A stretch of DNA of 64,000 bases, from NCBI GenBank assembly GCA_963664405.1, contig OY761158.1, positions 5,248,001 to 5,312,000 of the forward strand, given 5' to 3'. The position numbers and the translations under genes are program-made. Numbering within the stretch: position 1 is the first letter of the stretch; each line of letters starts with the position of its first letter. A model generated the notes under the pieces. It saw only the letters and a list, made by a program, of their open reading frames with translations. It searched no databases and had not been told where the DNA came from. Below are positions 47,003 through 56,743 of the stretch, one piece after another. The stretch comes from Thermoanaerobaculia bacterium. Its GTDB lineage: Bacteria; Acidobacteriota; Thermoanaerobaculia; Multivoradales; Multivoraceae.

Positions 47003-48388
47003 CTACCTCTGTGGGCGCGCCTTCCAAAAATAGTTGTGAACACCTTCGGCCGTATACATCTTGCGAAAGGTCATTTCCAGCTCATCACCGATCGCCACCT
47101 GCTCCGGGTCGACGTCTGTGAGCTGGCAGTTGATCCTTCCCCCTCGCTCAAAGTCTACCACTGCGGCCACGATCGGTGGCTGCAGAGAATAGCCAAGGTG
47201 ATCGAGAGTGTAGGTGGCGATCTTGCATCCGACGTCGGCGTAGGGCTCTTCTTCCATCTGGTCGGTGGCTCCGCACATCACGCAAACGCGCTGGGGAGGA
47301 AGATTGGCCGAACCGCAAGAGGTGCAGCGGGCGCCGACGAAACCGTATTTCCAGTGCTCGCTGCGCTGCATCGGCGGGCCGGCGGGGCGAGCGGGGTCGG
47401 GGCGACGGGGCGGCTCGAAGGGCATCACCCCTCGCCATTTCAGATAGTTGGTGTAGGCAAGATCGTCGCGCTTGGTCGCGAGCCAGCGCTCGACGCTGTG
47501 CTTCGGTCGATTCGACGCGATCCGATCGCTAACCTCGAGCACGATCGCGTCGGCTCCGTCGGCGCCGCATACGGCGGCGATGCGGTCGCCGGGGGAGGCC
47601 TGATCGAGAACGTTGGCCAACATGATGCCCGCGTGGGCAGATCCTGCACGCCCTATCGTTGCTGCAAAGTCGTCGGCGAGCTGTTCAGGGCTGAGCTTGA
47701 AGGCTCCGGCGAGGGTGCGGTTGACGCGCGGGTTGGTGCTGTCGATGACAAGCTTCGAAATCGAGTCCGGTGCGACCCCCGCCTCTTCGAGGGCCCGCTT
47801 CAGCGTGTCGCTGAGAATGGGAACCATGACGTGGGCGCCGAAGCGCTCCTCCCACTGCCGCGGGAACATCATCTCCGGCGTGCGCCAGGTGTCGAGGAGC
47901 TCTTCGGTAGCCGAGGCGCGGCCGATCACGGTGGCGAGTGATTGGTCGTCGGGCCCGAAGATGAAGGCGGCAGCGCCGTCTCCTCCGGCGGACTCTCTGG
48001 GGCCGCCCGGGGCACCCACGGTGACGTCACTGAGACACAGAAGCGGCGAGCGTCCGGCCGCGGCCAGATCGAAGCCGAGTAGCAGCGACGACAGACCGGC
48101 GCGAGTCGAGCCGCCGATATCGATGCCGGTGATCGAGTTTGGCAGGCTCAGGGCCGCCTGCAGAGTGGCCGCATTGAGTTTCTCGGCATAGGGGGCACTG
48201 ATCGACGAGAAAAGCAGCTGATCGACTGCCGGCCCGTCGCGGAGTGCGTCACGAGCGGCTTCGACCGCCATCGAGGCTGCATCTTCGTCGTAACTTGCGA
48301 CGGCGCGCTCGCCCCGCCCGCTACCGATAGCGGCACGGGTCAGGCGGAAGTAGGGGATGTAGGTTCCGTAGCGAACAATTCCGGGCAA
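47003..48388 (-). CDS. HMG-CoA synthase-like domain fused to a DUF35 (Zn-ribbon plus OB fold) domain
   Basis: YGTYIPYFRL, DEDAASMAVEAA, GDGAAA; C-terminal CTSCG..PPQRVCVMC and FRK...NYFWK. Confidence 0.85.
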   Translation of the reverse strand: MPGIVRYGTYIPYFRLTRAAIGSGRGERAVASYDEDAASMAVEAARDALRDGPAVDQLLFSSISAPYAEKLNAATLQAALSLPNSITGIDIGGSTRAGLSSLLLGFDLAAAGRSPLLCLSDVTVGAPGGPRESAGGDGAAAFIFGPDDQSLATVIGRASATEELLDTWRTPEMMFPRQWEERFGAHVMVPILSDTLKRALEEAGVAPDSISKLVIDSTNPRVNRTLAGAFKLSPEQLADDFAATIGRAGSAHAGIMLANVLDQASPGDRIAAVCGADGADAIVLEVSDRIASNRPKHSVERWLATKRDDLAYTNYLKWRGVMPFEPPRRPDPARPAGPPMQRSEHWKYGFVGARCTSCGSANLPPQRVCVMCGATDQMEEEPYADVGCKIATYTLDHLGYSLQPPIVAAVVDFERGGRINCQLTDVDPEQVAIGDELEMTFRKMYTAEGVHNYFWKARPQR

Positions 48389-48474
48389 GGGAAGCCTCCT
48401 CTCAGAATAGGTACGTCAAGAGCGAGCGGGATGGCGAAGTTTACTTCATCTCGAGGGCGATTTCCCCACCTCGG

Positions 48475-49062
48475 CTAGCGGTGCTTGCCTACGCTCCAAC
48501 CTGCGGAGGCAAGCGTGTCTTCGGCGTAGCTCCGCGGGCCGTTTTCCAGGCTGGTCGCCAATGTATCGTTCCACCGGTTGAGGAAGCCGAAAAGCGAGAT
48601 CACGGCAACGATCTCGACGATCTCATCGTCGTCGAAGTACCGGCGTAGCTCCTTGAAGTGTTCCTCTTCCACCTGGTTCGGAGTCACGCCCGCGTCCTTG
48701 GCGAGGCGCAGCGCCGCCTTCTCGCGCGGGGAGAATAGTGGGCTCGGCTCGAACTCCCAAACCGCTTGGATCTTTTCGGCAGCGGAGCCGGCCTGCGCCG
48801 CTGAGTGGGATGTGTGTGCCTGACAGTAGCGACAGCCTGCCGCGGCCGAGCTGACCAGAGCGACCAGCTGCTTGAGCTCTCGCGAGAGGCGTCCGGGCTC
48901 GAGAATCGGTTTGGCCAAGGCAGCGAACCCGCGAACCAGAACCGGCCAGCGGGCCATCGTCAACATGCTGTTCGGTACGAAGCCAACCGAATGCTCTACG
49001 GCATCCAGAAGAGGCTTCAATTCGGATAGGTCCGGTCTCTCTAGGGGCTCGACTCTGGCCAA
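48475..49062 (-). CDS. Carboxymuconolactone decarboxylase/AhpD-like peroxidase family protein
   Basis: GFVPNS, GCRYCQAH, EIVEIV..ISLFGFLNRWN. Confidence 0.88.
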   Translation of the reverse strand: MARVEPLERPDLSELKPLLDAVEHSVGFVPNSMLTMARWPVLVRGFAALAKPILEPGRLSRELKQLVALVSSAAAGCRYCQAHTSHSAAQAGSAAEKIQAVWEFEPSPLFSPREKAALRLAKDAGVTPNQVEEEHFKELRRYFDDDEIVEIVAVISLFGFLNRWNDTLATSLENGPRSYAEDTLASAGWSVGKHR

Positions 49063-49089
49063 TGTTGTCTCCCCTCCGCCTCTTCGTTG

Positions 49090-50328
49090 TCAGCGCAGAC
49101 GGTCCGCTTGCTCTTGCAGTTTGCGGAGCTTCTCCCTGATCTCTCGTTGCTTCTCCAGAAACTCTTCCCGCTTCTTCTGCTGCCATTTCTGGTAGTCGAC
49201 GATCACACCTCCGCGGACGGTGTGGATGCGAGGAAACTTCTGAGCGTCTCCATCTTCGTCAAATTGCAGATTGCCGGTTACTCCTGCGAGAGGCTCCATT
49301 GCACGCATGCCCTTCAGGAAATCACTGGAAAGCGTACTCGCCGAGTACTTCAGGGCTTCGCCCACCACCAGCATGGCGTCATAGCCGTGAGCGGCGAAGA
49401 AGTCGGGGTCGGCACCGTTCGTCTCGCGAAAGCTGCCAACGAACTCCGGCATGCGACCCTCTTCGCTGCCGATGTCGAAAACGGTCATCGTCATGTAAAC
49501 GCCGTCTGCCTTGCTGCCTGCCTGCGCGATGACGGCTGGGTGAGCGAAGGAGGAGGTTGCCATGATGCGCCCGGGGTTGTTCTCTCCGAGCCCGTACCTG
49601 CGATCGCGCAACGCCGCGATCAACGACGCGGTCTGAGGTCCGTTCGCAGCGATATAGATGCCGCTGGGCTTCAGCGCCAGCGCCTGATCCAGGATCTCTC
49701 CCCAGTCCGAGGTTTCGGTGGGGAAGAAGAGAGTCTCTTTGACCTCGCCGTCATACTGACGAAAGGCGTTGGCTATGCCCTCGCCTGTAGCCTCTGCGAA
49801 GGGGCTATCCTCGATCAGAACGACGAGGTCCTGGATCTTCAAGCCCTCACTCGCGAAGTTGGCCATGCCGCTGGCCTCCTTCAGGGTGTTCGGGAAGATG
49901 CGATAGAAGGTTCTGCCTGCCTCGGAGAGCTCATCGCTCGAGGCGGTGGGGGAGAGCAGCACTCTCTGTTGCTGTTTCGAGACCTCGACCATCGCCAGCG
50001 CCTCAGCACTGGTGACTCCGCCGATGATGGCGAGAGCGCCGGCGCCATAGAGGTCGCCGGCAAGACGCGCGGCAGTGTCGGGATCGCCCTTGGAATCGAC
50101 GATCTCGATCTCGACTTCGTAGGGAATGTCCAAATCCTGTTGCACTGTCTCGAAGGCGAGCTCGACTCCAGACTTGATCGACTGTCCGTAGTCGGACATC
50201 GATCCCGTCAGCGGTAGGACGATGCCGAATTTGACCGTTTGGCTGGGTCTACAGCCAAGACCGACGAGGAGGCCCGCCAGCGGAACTACTAGGACGAGGC
50301 GGCGCGCCAGCGTGCCTATGCTTCTCAT
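49090..50328 (-). CDS. Type I periplasmic binding lipoprotein (LivJ-like) with charged C-terminal tail
   Basis: GLGC lipobox, FGIVLPLTG, DSKGDP, GYDA, GVTGNLQFDEDGD. Confidence 0.85.
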   Translation of the reverse strand: MRSIGTLARRLVLVVPLAGLLVGLGCRPSQTVKFGIVLPLTGSMSDYGQSIKSGVELAFETVQQDLDIPYEVEIEIVDSKGDPDTAARLAGDLYGAGALAIIGGVTSAEALAMVEVSKQQQRVLLSPTASSDELSEAGRTFYRIFPNTLKEASGMANFASEGLKIQDLVVLIEDSPFAEATGEGIANAFRQYDGEVKETLFFPTETSDWGEILDQALALKPSGIYIAANGPQTASLIAALRDRRYGLGENNPGRIMATSSFAHPAVIAQAGSKADGVYMTMTVFDIGSEEGRMPEFVGSFRETNGADPDFFAAHGYDAMLVVGEALKYSASTLSSDFLKGMRAMEPLAGVTGNLQFDEDGDAQKFPRIHTVRGGVIVDYQKWQQKKREEFLEKQREIREKLRKLQEQADRLR

Positions 50329-51554
50329 TCACCCGGTTTCTGCTGGGTGCGGAGGTTGACCGTCTCCCGGCGAAGCTTGTCGATCTTGGCGCGGATCTCT
50401 TCTTCGCGATCCTTGCGCCACTGATTGAAGTCGATGAGCTCGCCGCCACGAATCAGGTGAATGCGAGGGAACTTCTGCACGTTCCCGTCCTCGTCGAACT
50501 GGATGTTGCCGGCTACACCTGCCAGTGGCTCGATCGCTCTCATCCCTTTGAGCAGCTCCTGGGGCAGCGTGTTTGCGGCCTTCTTGAGGGCGGCGGCGAA
50601 GGCGAGTATCGAGTCGTAGGCATGTCCCGAGTAAAAGTCAGGGCCGACTCCGTACTTCTCGCGGTAGGCATTGACGAACCCGGCCATCGGCTCTTCTTCA
50701 CTCTTGGTGTCGAAGATCGGGATGGTGAGATATACGCCATCGGCGTTCTGGCCCGCCTCGGCGATCATGACGGGGTGCGAGAACACCGAGGTGGTCATTA
50801 CCCACTCTTGCTTGCCTTCGGTTCGGCCGTAGCCCCGCTTGCGGAGGTGTTCGAGGAGGCCGATTATCTGTTTGCTGTAAGCCGCCAGATAGAGACCCGT
50901 GGGCTCGAGCGCCAGGGCTTGGTCGACGATCTCTGAGAGGTTCGAGCTGTCGGATGAGAAGTAGATGACTTCCTTGACGTTGCCGCCGTACTGGGCGAAG
51001 ACGGCCTTCAGGCCCTCGAGAAGGGAGTCGGTGAAAGCTCGGTCCTCGGCCGCCACGATGACGAGGTCGTTGACATCGAGAGTCTCGGTGGCGAAGTTGG
51101 CCATGGCGCTGGCCTGCTGCATGGCGGTGGGGACAACCCGGAAGAAGGTGCGGGAAATGCCGGAAAGCTCGTCGCTCAGAGCGGCGGGGGTGATGAAGAC
51201 CCTGCCCACCTCATCCGCCACCTTGGCGATGGCGAGAGCGTCCTCGGTAGTGGTGCCGCCAATCACCGCCAAGGCTCCGCTGCGGTAGAGATCGCTGGCG
51301 GCTTGGGCCGCTTCAGGGCCGCCACCGCTCCAGTCGGCGACCTCGAGGTGAACCGTGTAGGCAAGGTCCGGATCGGCTTGAATATGTTCGTAGCCGAGCT
51401 CGATGCCTCGGCGATACGACTCCGCTACCGGTTCGGAGACGATTGTCTCGTTGAGAACGATCCCGAGTGTGACTTCCTTCTTCGGCCCGCATGCGCTGAG
51501 TCCTAGGCCAAGGCTGAGCAGGGCCAGCACCGAATAGTTCGCTCTTCCCAGCAT
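50325..51554 (-). CDS. Type I periplasmic binding lipoprotein, tandem paralog of 49090-50328
   Basis: LSAC lipobox; shares EIVDQALAL.P.G.Y, FSHP, LKGMRA.EPLAGV.GN.QFDEDG..QKFPRIH with its neighbour. Confidence 0.85.
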   Translation of the reverse strand: MLGRANYSVLALLSLGLGLSACGPKKEVTLGIVLNETIVSEPVAESYRRGIELGYEHIQADPDLAYTVHLEVADWSGGGPEAAQAASDLYRSGALAVIGGTTTEDALAIAKVADEVGRVFITPAALSDELSGISRTFFRVVPTAMQQASAMANFATETLDVNDLVIVAAEDRAFTDSLLEGLKAVFAQYGGNVKEVIYFSSDSSNLSEIVDQALALEPTGLYLAAYSKQIIGLLEHLRKRGYGRTEGKQEWVMTTSVFSHPVMIAEAGQNADGVYLTIPIFDTKSEEEPMAGFVNAYREKYGVGPDFYSGHAYDSILAFAAALKKAANTLPQELLKGMRAIEPLAGVAGNIQFDEDGNVQKFPRIHLIRGGELIDFNQWRKDREEEIRAKIDKLRRETVNLRTQQKPGE

Positions 51555-51716
51555 CGTTGAATCAGCCCTTTAGTGCCTTGGCTTCGGCGGCGCCCGCGTT
51601 GGCTCCGCTAACTCGTCAGACGAAACACCTTACCACCCAAAGAGTCGGCTGCGGAAGGAGCTGTGTGGGTGCTATGAGCCGGAGTCGGACATAATGCTGG
51701 CGCTCGACAGTCAAGA

Positions 51717-52946
51717 TTGGAGGTCAATGTGGAAGTACAGTCCTCGAGGTCGAAGATCGGTGAAAGCTCGGGCCCGCTTGCGGGGGTGCGCGTTGTGGAC
51801 TTCTGTAGCTTCATCGCCGGTTCCTTCGGCGCGATGATGCTCGGAGACATGGGGGCGGAGGTCGTCAAGGTCGAGCCCCCAACAGGCGATCCCAGTCGCA
51901 ATTGGGGTCCGTTTATCGACGGCGAGAGTCGTCTCTTTCAGGGCTGGAACCGTAGCAAGAGGAGCGTGGCCTTGAACCTCAAGGACCCGCGCGGGCTGGA
52001 GGTCGCCGACGACCTCGTGCGCGGCGCCGACGTAGTGATGGAGAACTTTCGGCCTGGCGTGTCCGAGCGGCTCGGTATCGGCTACGAGCGGCTCAAAGAA
52101 ATCAACAAGGGAATCGTCTATCTGAGCTCGACCGCGTTCGGCCACACCGGCCCTGACCGGCTGCGACCGGGGTACGACCCGGTTTTGCAGACGATCAGTG
52201 GCGCGGCAAAGATGCACGAGCGCTTTTGCGATCAAGTGCATATTTGCTCCGTCGCGGTGAGCGACTATGGAGCGGCCATGCTCGCGGCCGGGGCAGTCTG
52301 TGCCGCTCTCTTCCATCGCGAGCGAACAGGAGAGGGGCAGAAGCTCGAGACCTCTCTCTTACAGGCGGTGATGACGGTGCAGTCGGCGGCTTTCATCCAG
52401 GCTCTCGAGCACGAGGAAGGCACGGTGGGGGGCATCTACCCGTACCGCAACTTCGAGACCGCGGAGGGCCCTCTGTTCATCGCCGCCGGCACCGACAAGT
52501 TTTGGCGCCTCCTTTGCGACGCGATCGGTCACTCCGATTTGGGGGAGGACCCGCGCTATGACACCAACCCCAAACGAGTCGCGGCGATTCCGGAGCTGGA
52601 GGAGAAGCTGAAGCCGATCTTTCTGCGACGAAGCAGTCGCGATTGGGAGTCGCTGCTGGTGGAGAAGGGAGTTCCGTGCGCGGCCGCCCGGACGGCTCTC
52701 GAGTTCTTTGACGAGCCGCAGGTGGAGGCTCTCGAAATGAACCCGGTGATCCAACACTCGAAGCTGGGACCGCTCCGGGTATCGGGACTTCCGGTCGGCT
52801 TCAGCCAGACTCCCTGCGCGATCCAGAGCGCTGCGCCTCTTCTTGGCGAGCACAGTCGGGAGGTACTCGCTGCGCTCGGTTACGAGGACTCGCGCATTAC
52901 ATCGCTGGTCGAGGCGGGGGTTGTCGTCGAGGCTGGAGGCGGATGA
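51717..52946 (+). CDS. Class III CoA-transferase (CaiB/BaiF)
   Basis: PLAGVRVVD, VVKVEPP.GD, NRSKRS, ENFRPG, PGYD, D in VSDYG, APLLGEHS. Confidence 0.93.
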   Translation: MEVNVEVQSSRSKIGESSGPLAGVRVVDFCSFIAGSFGAMMLGDMGAEVVKVEPPTGDPSRNWGPFIDGESRLFQGWNRSKRSVALNLKDPRGLEVADDLVRGADVVMENFRPGVSERLGIGYERLKEINKGIVYLSSTAFGHTGPDRLRPGYDPVLQTISGAAKMHERFCDQVHICSVAVSDYGAAMLAAGAVCAALFHRERTGEGQKLETSLLQAVMTVQSAAFIQALEHEEGTVGGIYPYRNFETAEGPLFIAAGTDKFWRLLCDAIGHSDLGEDPRYDTNPKRVAAIPELEEKLKPIFLRRSSRDWESLLVEKGVPCAAARTALEFFDEPQVEALEMNPVIQHSKLGPLRVSGLPVGFSQTPCAIQSAAPLLGEHSREVLAALGYEDSRITSLVEAGVVVEAGGG

Positions 52947-53545
52947 GCCGTCTCATCATGATCCGTCATGGTGAGAGCCTTGCCAACTTGGAAGGACGTT
53001 TCACCTGGACTGTCGATGAACCGCTTACCCCGATAGGTGTCGAGCAGGCACGCGCGACCGGCGAACATCTGTCGCTTCACTTCACCCCGAAGGTGCTTTA
53101 TGCGAGCCCATTTCGTCGCGCCTTCGAAACGGCTCGAGAGATCGGCGGGATTTTCGGTCTCGAGCCGCAGGTCGTCGAGGCGTTTCGCGAGCAGGACTTT
53201 GGCGTCTTCAAGGGGCAGCCCTACGCGAACTTCTACGGCAACCACGCCGCAGGCAGTGCGGAGCGTTGGGAGTTGCTTCCTGAAGGAGGAGAGAGGCTGA
53301 GGGAAGTGGCCGAACGGGCGGGGGCGGCTCTCGATCGCATCGCCGAGGAACATGCCGGAGATGAGGTCCTGGTGGTCAGCCATGGTGGCGTCATGTCGGC
53401 ACTACGAGGTTGGGCGCGGGCGGACTACACTCGAGCACCGACACCGACTCGCAACGCATGGGGCTACGTTCTGCAGTGGCGTAGCGGCGATTATCACGGT
53501 CCTATCGAGCTCGATGACTACCCGGGCTCGGAGCCGCGGGAGTAG
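52943..53545 (+). CDS. Histidine phosphatase family protein
   Basis: RHGES, SPFRRA.ETA, EQDFG, VSHGG. Confidence 0.92.
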   Translation: MSRLIMIRHGESLANLEGRFTWTVDEPLTPIGVEQARATGEHLSLHFTPKVLYASPFRRAFETAREIGGIFGLEPQVVEAFREQDFGVFKGQPYANFYGNHAAGSAERWELLPEGGERLREVAERAGAALDRIAEEHAGDEVLVVSHGGVMSALRGWARADYTRAPTPTRNAWGYVLQWRSGDYHGPIELDDYPGSEPRE

Positions 53546-53569
53546 CGCCGGACTCGCTGCGTTCCCGCC

Positions 53570-54745
53570 ATGTTGTCTTCCTTCGTCGTTCTGGTCGGCG
53601 CCGTCCTCGGCGCCGTTGTTTTGGGCTTCTGGCTCCTCCTCCTGACCGACCGCAGTCGGGCCTGGCCTCGTGAGCTCTTCTTACGGCACTCGGGGCCGCC
53701 TCGGTTTGAGTCTTCGGTAGCCGTTCTCGTCCCGGCTCGCGACGAGGCCGCGATGCTGCCGCTGACATTGCCTTCGCTGCTCAATCAAGACTTTGGCCGC
53801 TACGAGGTTGTGGTCGCCGACGACGGCTCGAGTGATGGGACGGCAGAATTGGCGATGGGGCTCGCGGAAGAGACTGCCGGCTCGGTGGCGGTTGTGATCT
53901 GCGCCCCGAAACCCACAGGTTGGGCCGGAAAGGTCCATGCCCAGCAATGCGGTCTGGACGCGATTCTCGGCAGTGGCGCGGTTCCTGAGTGGATGCTCCT
54001 ATCCGATGCCGATATCCGTCATCCTGACGACTCCTTGTCTTCGTTGATCGCCCAGGCGCAGCGCGGCGGCTACGACATGGTCTCGGTGATGGCCCGGCTC
54101 CACGCCGGCAGCTTTTGGGAGCGCCTGCTGATCCCTCCCTTCGTTTTCTTTTTCAACCTTCTCTACCCCTTTCGTAGCGTCCGCCACCGTTCGTCCGAGG
54201 TCGCCGCGGCCGCCGGCGGGTGCGTTCTGGTCCGCACCGCCGCCCTGGTCGAGGCCGGTGGCTTTGCGGCGATTCAGGGGGAGTTGATCGACGACGTCGC
54301 ACTGGCCCGTCTGCTCAAGAGCCACCACCGGCAGCTATGGCTCGGCTTCGATCCTCAGATCGAGTCGGTTCGCCCTTACCGCTCCCTCGCCGAGCTATGG
54401 GACATGGTCGCTCGCAGTGCCTTTGTTCAGCTCGGCTACCGGTACTGGTTGGTGCCCCCGGTCGCTCTCGGGCTGGCGATATTCTTCGTCGGCCCGCCGG
54501 TGTTAGCCCTAGCCGGCTTTGCCGCACACAGTGCGATCATCGTTCTCCTTTCGTTGGCTGCTTGGCTGCTTCAGGCCTTTCATCTTTATCCTTATGGCCG
54601 CCACCATCGGGTCCCTGCCGCCTACAGTTTCCTGCTGCCTCTAGCTTCGGCGTTCTACGCTGCGATGACTGTGAGCTCGGCGTGGCGCCACCTCTTGCGC
54701 CAGGGCTCGCGTTGGAAGGAGCGCGACTACGGGAGCTCAGAATGA
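53570..54745 (+). CDS. hpnB: GT2 glycosyltransferase, hopanoid-associated HpnB-like
   Basis: VPARDEA, DDGSSDGT, GWAGK, DADI, ERLLIPPFVFFF.LLYPF, AAAGGC, IDDVALA, MVARSAF.QL. Confidence 0.8.
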   Translation: MLSSFVVLVGAVLGAVVLGFWLLLLTDRSRAWPRELFLRHSGPPRFESSVAVLVPARDEAAMLPLTLPSLLNQDFGRYEVVVADDGSSDGTAELAMGLAEETAGSVAVVICAPKPTGWAGKVHAQQCGLDAILGSGAVPEWMLLSDADIRHPDDSLSSLIAQAQRGGYDMVSVMARLHAGSFWERLLIPPFVFFFNLLYPFRSVRHRSSEVAAAAGGCVLVRTAALVEAGGFAAIQGELIDDVALARLLKSHHRQLWLGFDPQIESVRPYRSLAELWDMVARSAFVQLGYRYWLVPPVALGLAIFFVGPPVLALAGFAAHSAIIVLLSLAAWLLQAFHLYPYGRHHRVPAAYSFLLPLASAFYAAMTVSSAWRHLLRQGSRWKERDYGSSE

Positions 54746-55197
54746 GCGAGGTCACCGTCAGAAAGATGCGGCCCTCCGAGTTGGACCTGGTGGCCGAGCT
54801 CTGGTGGCACAGTTTCGACGACTCGACCCAGTGGCTCCGCCCCGACCAGAAGCACCCCCTGGCGGAAGCGCTGAGCTTCTTTCGCACCGTTGTAGCGAAG
54901 CGTTGCGAGTTATGGATAGCGATGCGTGAGGAGGCAATTGTCGGCTTACTGGCAATGCACGGAGACGAGGTCGATCGTCTCTACGTTGCCACCGAAGCAC
55001 AGAAGCAGGGCATCGGAGGTACCCTCCTCGATCACGCCAAGGCGTTATCTCCGGACGGCCTCCGTTTGGTCACCCTGCAGCGCAACACGCAGGCACGTCT
55101 CTTCTACGAGCGCCACGGTTTCGCCGCCTTCGACACCGGCTGTAGCGCTCCTCCGGAAAACGAACCGGACATCTGGTATCGCTGGCCCAGCTGGTGA
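54742..55197 (+). CDS. GNAT N-acetyltransferase
   Basis: LYV...QKQGIGGTLL, N..ARLFYERHGF, ENEPD; ATG overlaps the upstream stop. Confidence 0.85.
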   Translation: MSEVTVRKMRPSELDLVAELWWHSFDDSTQWLRPDQKHPLAEALSFFRTVVAKRCELWIAMREEAIVGLLAMHGDEVDRLYVATEAQKQGIGGTLLDHAKALSPDGLRLVTLQRNTQARLFYERHGFAAFDTGCSAPPENEPDIWYRWPSW

Positions 55198-55291
55198 TGG
55201 CTCGAGGGTGCTTGCCGGTCCCTAAGGCCCCGAGTAGCTGGCGCCTCGAGGGAGTCTCTCGTAACGCGTGGTAGATTGTCGGGGCTCCGAG

Positions 55292-56743
55292 ATGATGATG
55301 AGTGCTGCTCTTCAACGCCTTGGCGACGGCTTGGTGGCGGTTGTCAAAGAGGATTGTCCGACCTGCAAATTGGTGACGCCGGTGCTGCAGGAGCTCCGCT
55401 CCTTGGGAGTCGGCGTGCAGGTGGTGACTCAGGACGACCCCGACTTTCCAGAGGGGCTCGAGGCGATCGACGATCGCGATCTCGAGATCTCTTACCGTCT
55501 CGAAGTAGAGGCGGTGCCTACTCTTTTCAAGATCGAGCAGGGCGAAGTCCTTGATCGTCGTGTGGGCTGGAACCGTCAGGAGTGGCGCGATTTCACGGGC
55601 GTCGAAAGCTTGGGTCTCGAGATGCCTGAGTATCGACCGGGGTGTGGGTCTCGAACCACCGAGCCTGGCGCTGCCGAGCGACTCAAGGTGCGTTTTGACG
55701 CTTCCTCGCTCCAATCTCGGCGAGTGGAGATTGGCGGCGAAGAGGATCCGATCGAAGCTTGCTACGCACGAGGTTGGAGCGACGGCCTGCCGGTGGTTCC
55801 GCCGACTCCCGAGCGGGTGGAGCGCATGCTGTCCGGAACCCGTCGCGACCGCGCCGAGCTGGTGGCGGTGGTACCGCCCGATTACGCCGAGTGCACGGTC
55901 GAGAAAGTCGCAATCAGCGCGGTCATGGCCGGCTGCCTGCCCGAGTACCTGCCAGTGGTGATGGCGGCAGTGGAAGCGGTTTGCACCGACGAGTTCAACA
56001 TCCACGGCCTCGCCGCCACCACGATGGCGGTGGGACCGGTGGTGATTGTCAACGGTCCGATCCGACAGCGGATCGGGATGAACTCGGGTATCAACGCGCT
56101 CGGGCAAGGGAATCGTGCCAACGCCACTATCGGTAGAGCGTTGCAACTGGTGGTGCGCAACGTGGGCGGAGCCCGTCCCGGCGGCGTCGACCGCGCCACC
56201 CTGGGCAATCCCGGAAAGTACACGCTCTGTTTTGCCGAGAACGAGGAAGACTCTCCCTGGGATTCTCTGGCGCAGGAGCGCGGAGTCGAGGCTGAGGCCT
56301 CAGCTGTGACCGTCTTCGGCGCCGATGCGCCGCACCTGGTGATAGATCAGCTCTCTCGCACGCCGGAATCGCTTGCCATCTCCCTCGCCGGTACGTTGCG
56401 CGCATTGGCGAACGCCAAGCTCGTCCTCGGTTTCGATGCCTTCATAGTCATCGGCCCCGAGCACGCCAGGGTTTTCTCCGACGGAGGTTGGTCGAAGGCG
56501 CGGTTGCGCCAGGAGCTGCTCGAGATCCTGACCATGCCGGCGGCCGATCTGGTGCGGGGAGCCGGGGGCTGCGCCGAGGGGCTACCGGAGTCTTTCTCTA
56601 GCGAAGAGGTCTGCAAGTTTGGCAACGATGCCCTGTGGTTCGTTCATGCCGGGGGAAGGGCAGGAATGTTCTCGGCGGTGATGGGAGGCTGGGCGCGTGG
56701 CCCGCGAGGGAGCATGCCGGTGACCAGGGAGGTGAAAGAGTGA
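55292..56743 (+). CDS. Thioredoxin-like (CPTC) domain fused to a conserved domain of unknown function; partner of the UGSC selenoprotein
   Basis: KEDCPTC, EAVPT, RPGCGS, GWSDGLPVVPPT, EKVAISAVMAGC, NRANATIGRAL, ENEEDSPW. Confidence 0.85.
   Translation: MMMSAALQRLGDGLVAVVKEDCPTCKLVTPVLQELRSLGVGVQVVTQDDPDFPEGLEAIDDRDLEISYRLEVEAVPTLFKIEQGEVLDRRVGWNRQEWRDFTGVESLGLEMPEYRPGCGSRTTEPGAAERLKVRFDASSLQSRRVEIGGEEDPIEACYARGWSDGLPVVPPTPERVERMLSGTRRDRAELVAVVPPDYAECTVEKVAISAVMAGCLPEYLPVVMAAVEAVCTDEFNIHGLAATTMAVGPVVIVNGPIRQRIGMNSGINALGQGNRANATIGRALQLVVRNVGGARPGGVDRATLGNPGKYTLCFAENEEDSPWDSLAQERGVEAEASAVTVFGADAPHLVIDQLSRTPESLAISLAGTLRALANAKLVLGFDAFIVIGPEHARVFSDGGWSKARLRQELLEILTMPAADLVRGAGGCAEGLPESFSSEEVCKFGNDALWFVHAGGRAGMFSAVMGGWARGPRGSMPVTREVKE

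Noticed and set aside
53570-54745. Hopanoid biosynthesis cluster
   Set aside because: Only a lone hpnB-like gene; no shc or hpnCDE in the window.
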